From a virus, in the IMG/VR virus record IMGVR_UViG_3300045988_113959, positions 31,643-95,642 of that record: a stretch of DNA of 64,000 bases; one strand, written 5' to 3'. Positions 63,979-64,000 of the stretch are shown in pieces. A model generated the notes under the pieces. It ran no database searches, was not told the origin of the DNA, and was given only the letters and a program-made list of their open reading frames with translations. Position 1 is the stretch's first letter; each line of letters begins with the position of its first letter. A program made the position numbers and the translations under genes.

Positions 63979-64000
63979 TTAATCTTCGTCGCCTTCGTCG
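63979..64000 (-). CDS. 3' end of a gene that starts beyond the window (...DEGDED then TAA)
   Basis: The reverse complement of 63979-64000 reads D-E-G-D-E-D-stop. An intrinsic terminator follows immediately. Confidence 0.35.

Overview
This is an AT-rich dsDNA phage fragment with the layout of a crAss-like (Crassvirales-type) phage. Two convergent transcription arms meet at a bidirectional terminator near 33.25 kb.

The plus arm (1-33236) is the late/virion module. Its eight genes are intact only if TAG is read as a sense codon. I counted roughly 90 in-frame TAGs by hand, and all eight genes end in TAA or TGA. One gene is 17 kb (5,678 codons) and carries a beta-prime-like R-x-P-T...DFDVD two-barrel RNA polymerase motif plus an HExxH motif.

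The minus arm (33192-64000) is the early/replication module in the standard code; four of its genes stop at TAG. It encodes a family-B DNA polymerase, a DnaB-like helicase, a Toprim primase, an SSB, an AAA_24/Sak4-like ATPase, PD-(D/E)XK nucleases, a T7 endonuclease I-like resolvase, an ECF-type sigma factor, a tryptophanyl-tRNA synthetase and many small ORFans.

The minus arm also holds roughly 7 kb of ORF-free, GC-richer, hairpin-dense DNA. In it I can read:
- one canonical tRNA-Arg(TCT);
- a roughly 56-nt D-armless tRNA-like gene with a textbook U33-CUA-A37 anticodon loop, a candidate amber suppressor;
- a circularly permuted (two-piece) tmRNA-like gene with a G3:U70 acceptor stem;
- a family of acceptor/T-arm minihelices;
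- a recurring 22-nt promoter-like box;
- a 1.8-2.3 kb region with no credible ORF.

All RNA calls are manual folds with ends good to a few nt. No tRNAscan, Infernal, BLAST or HMM search could be run.
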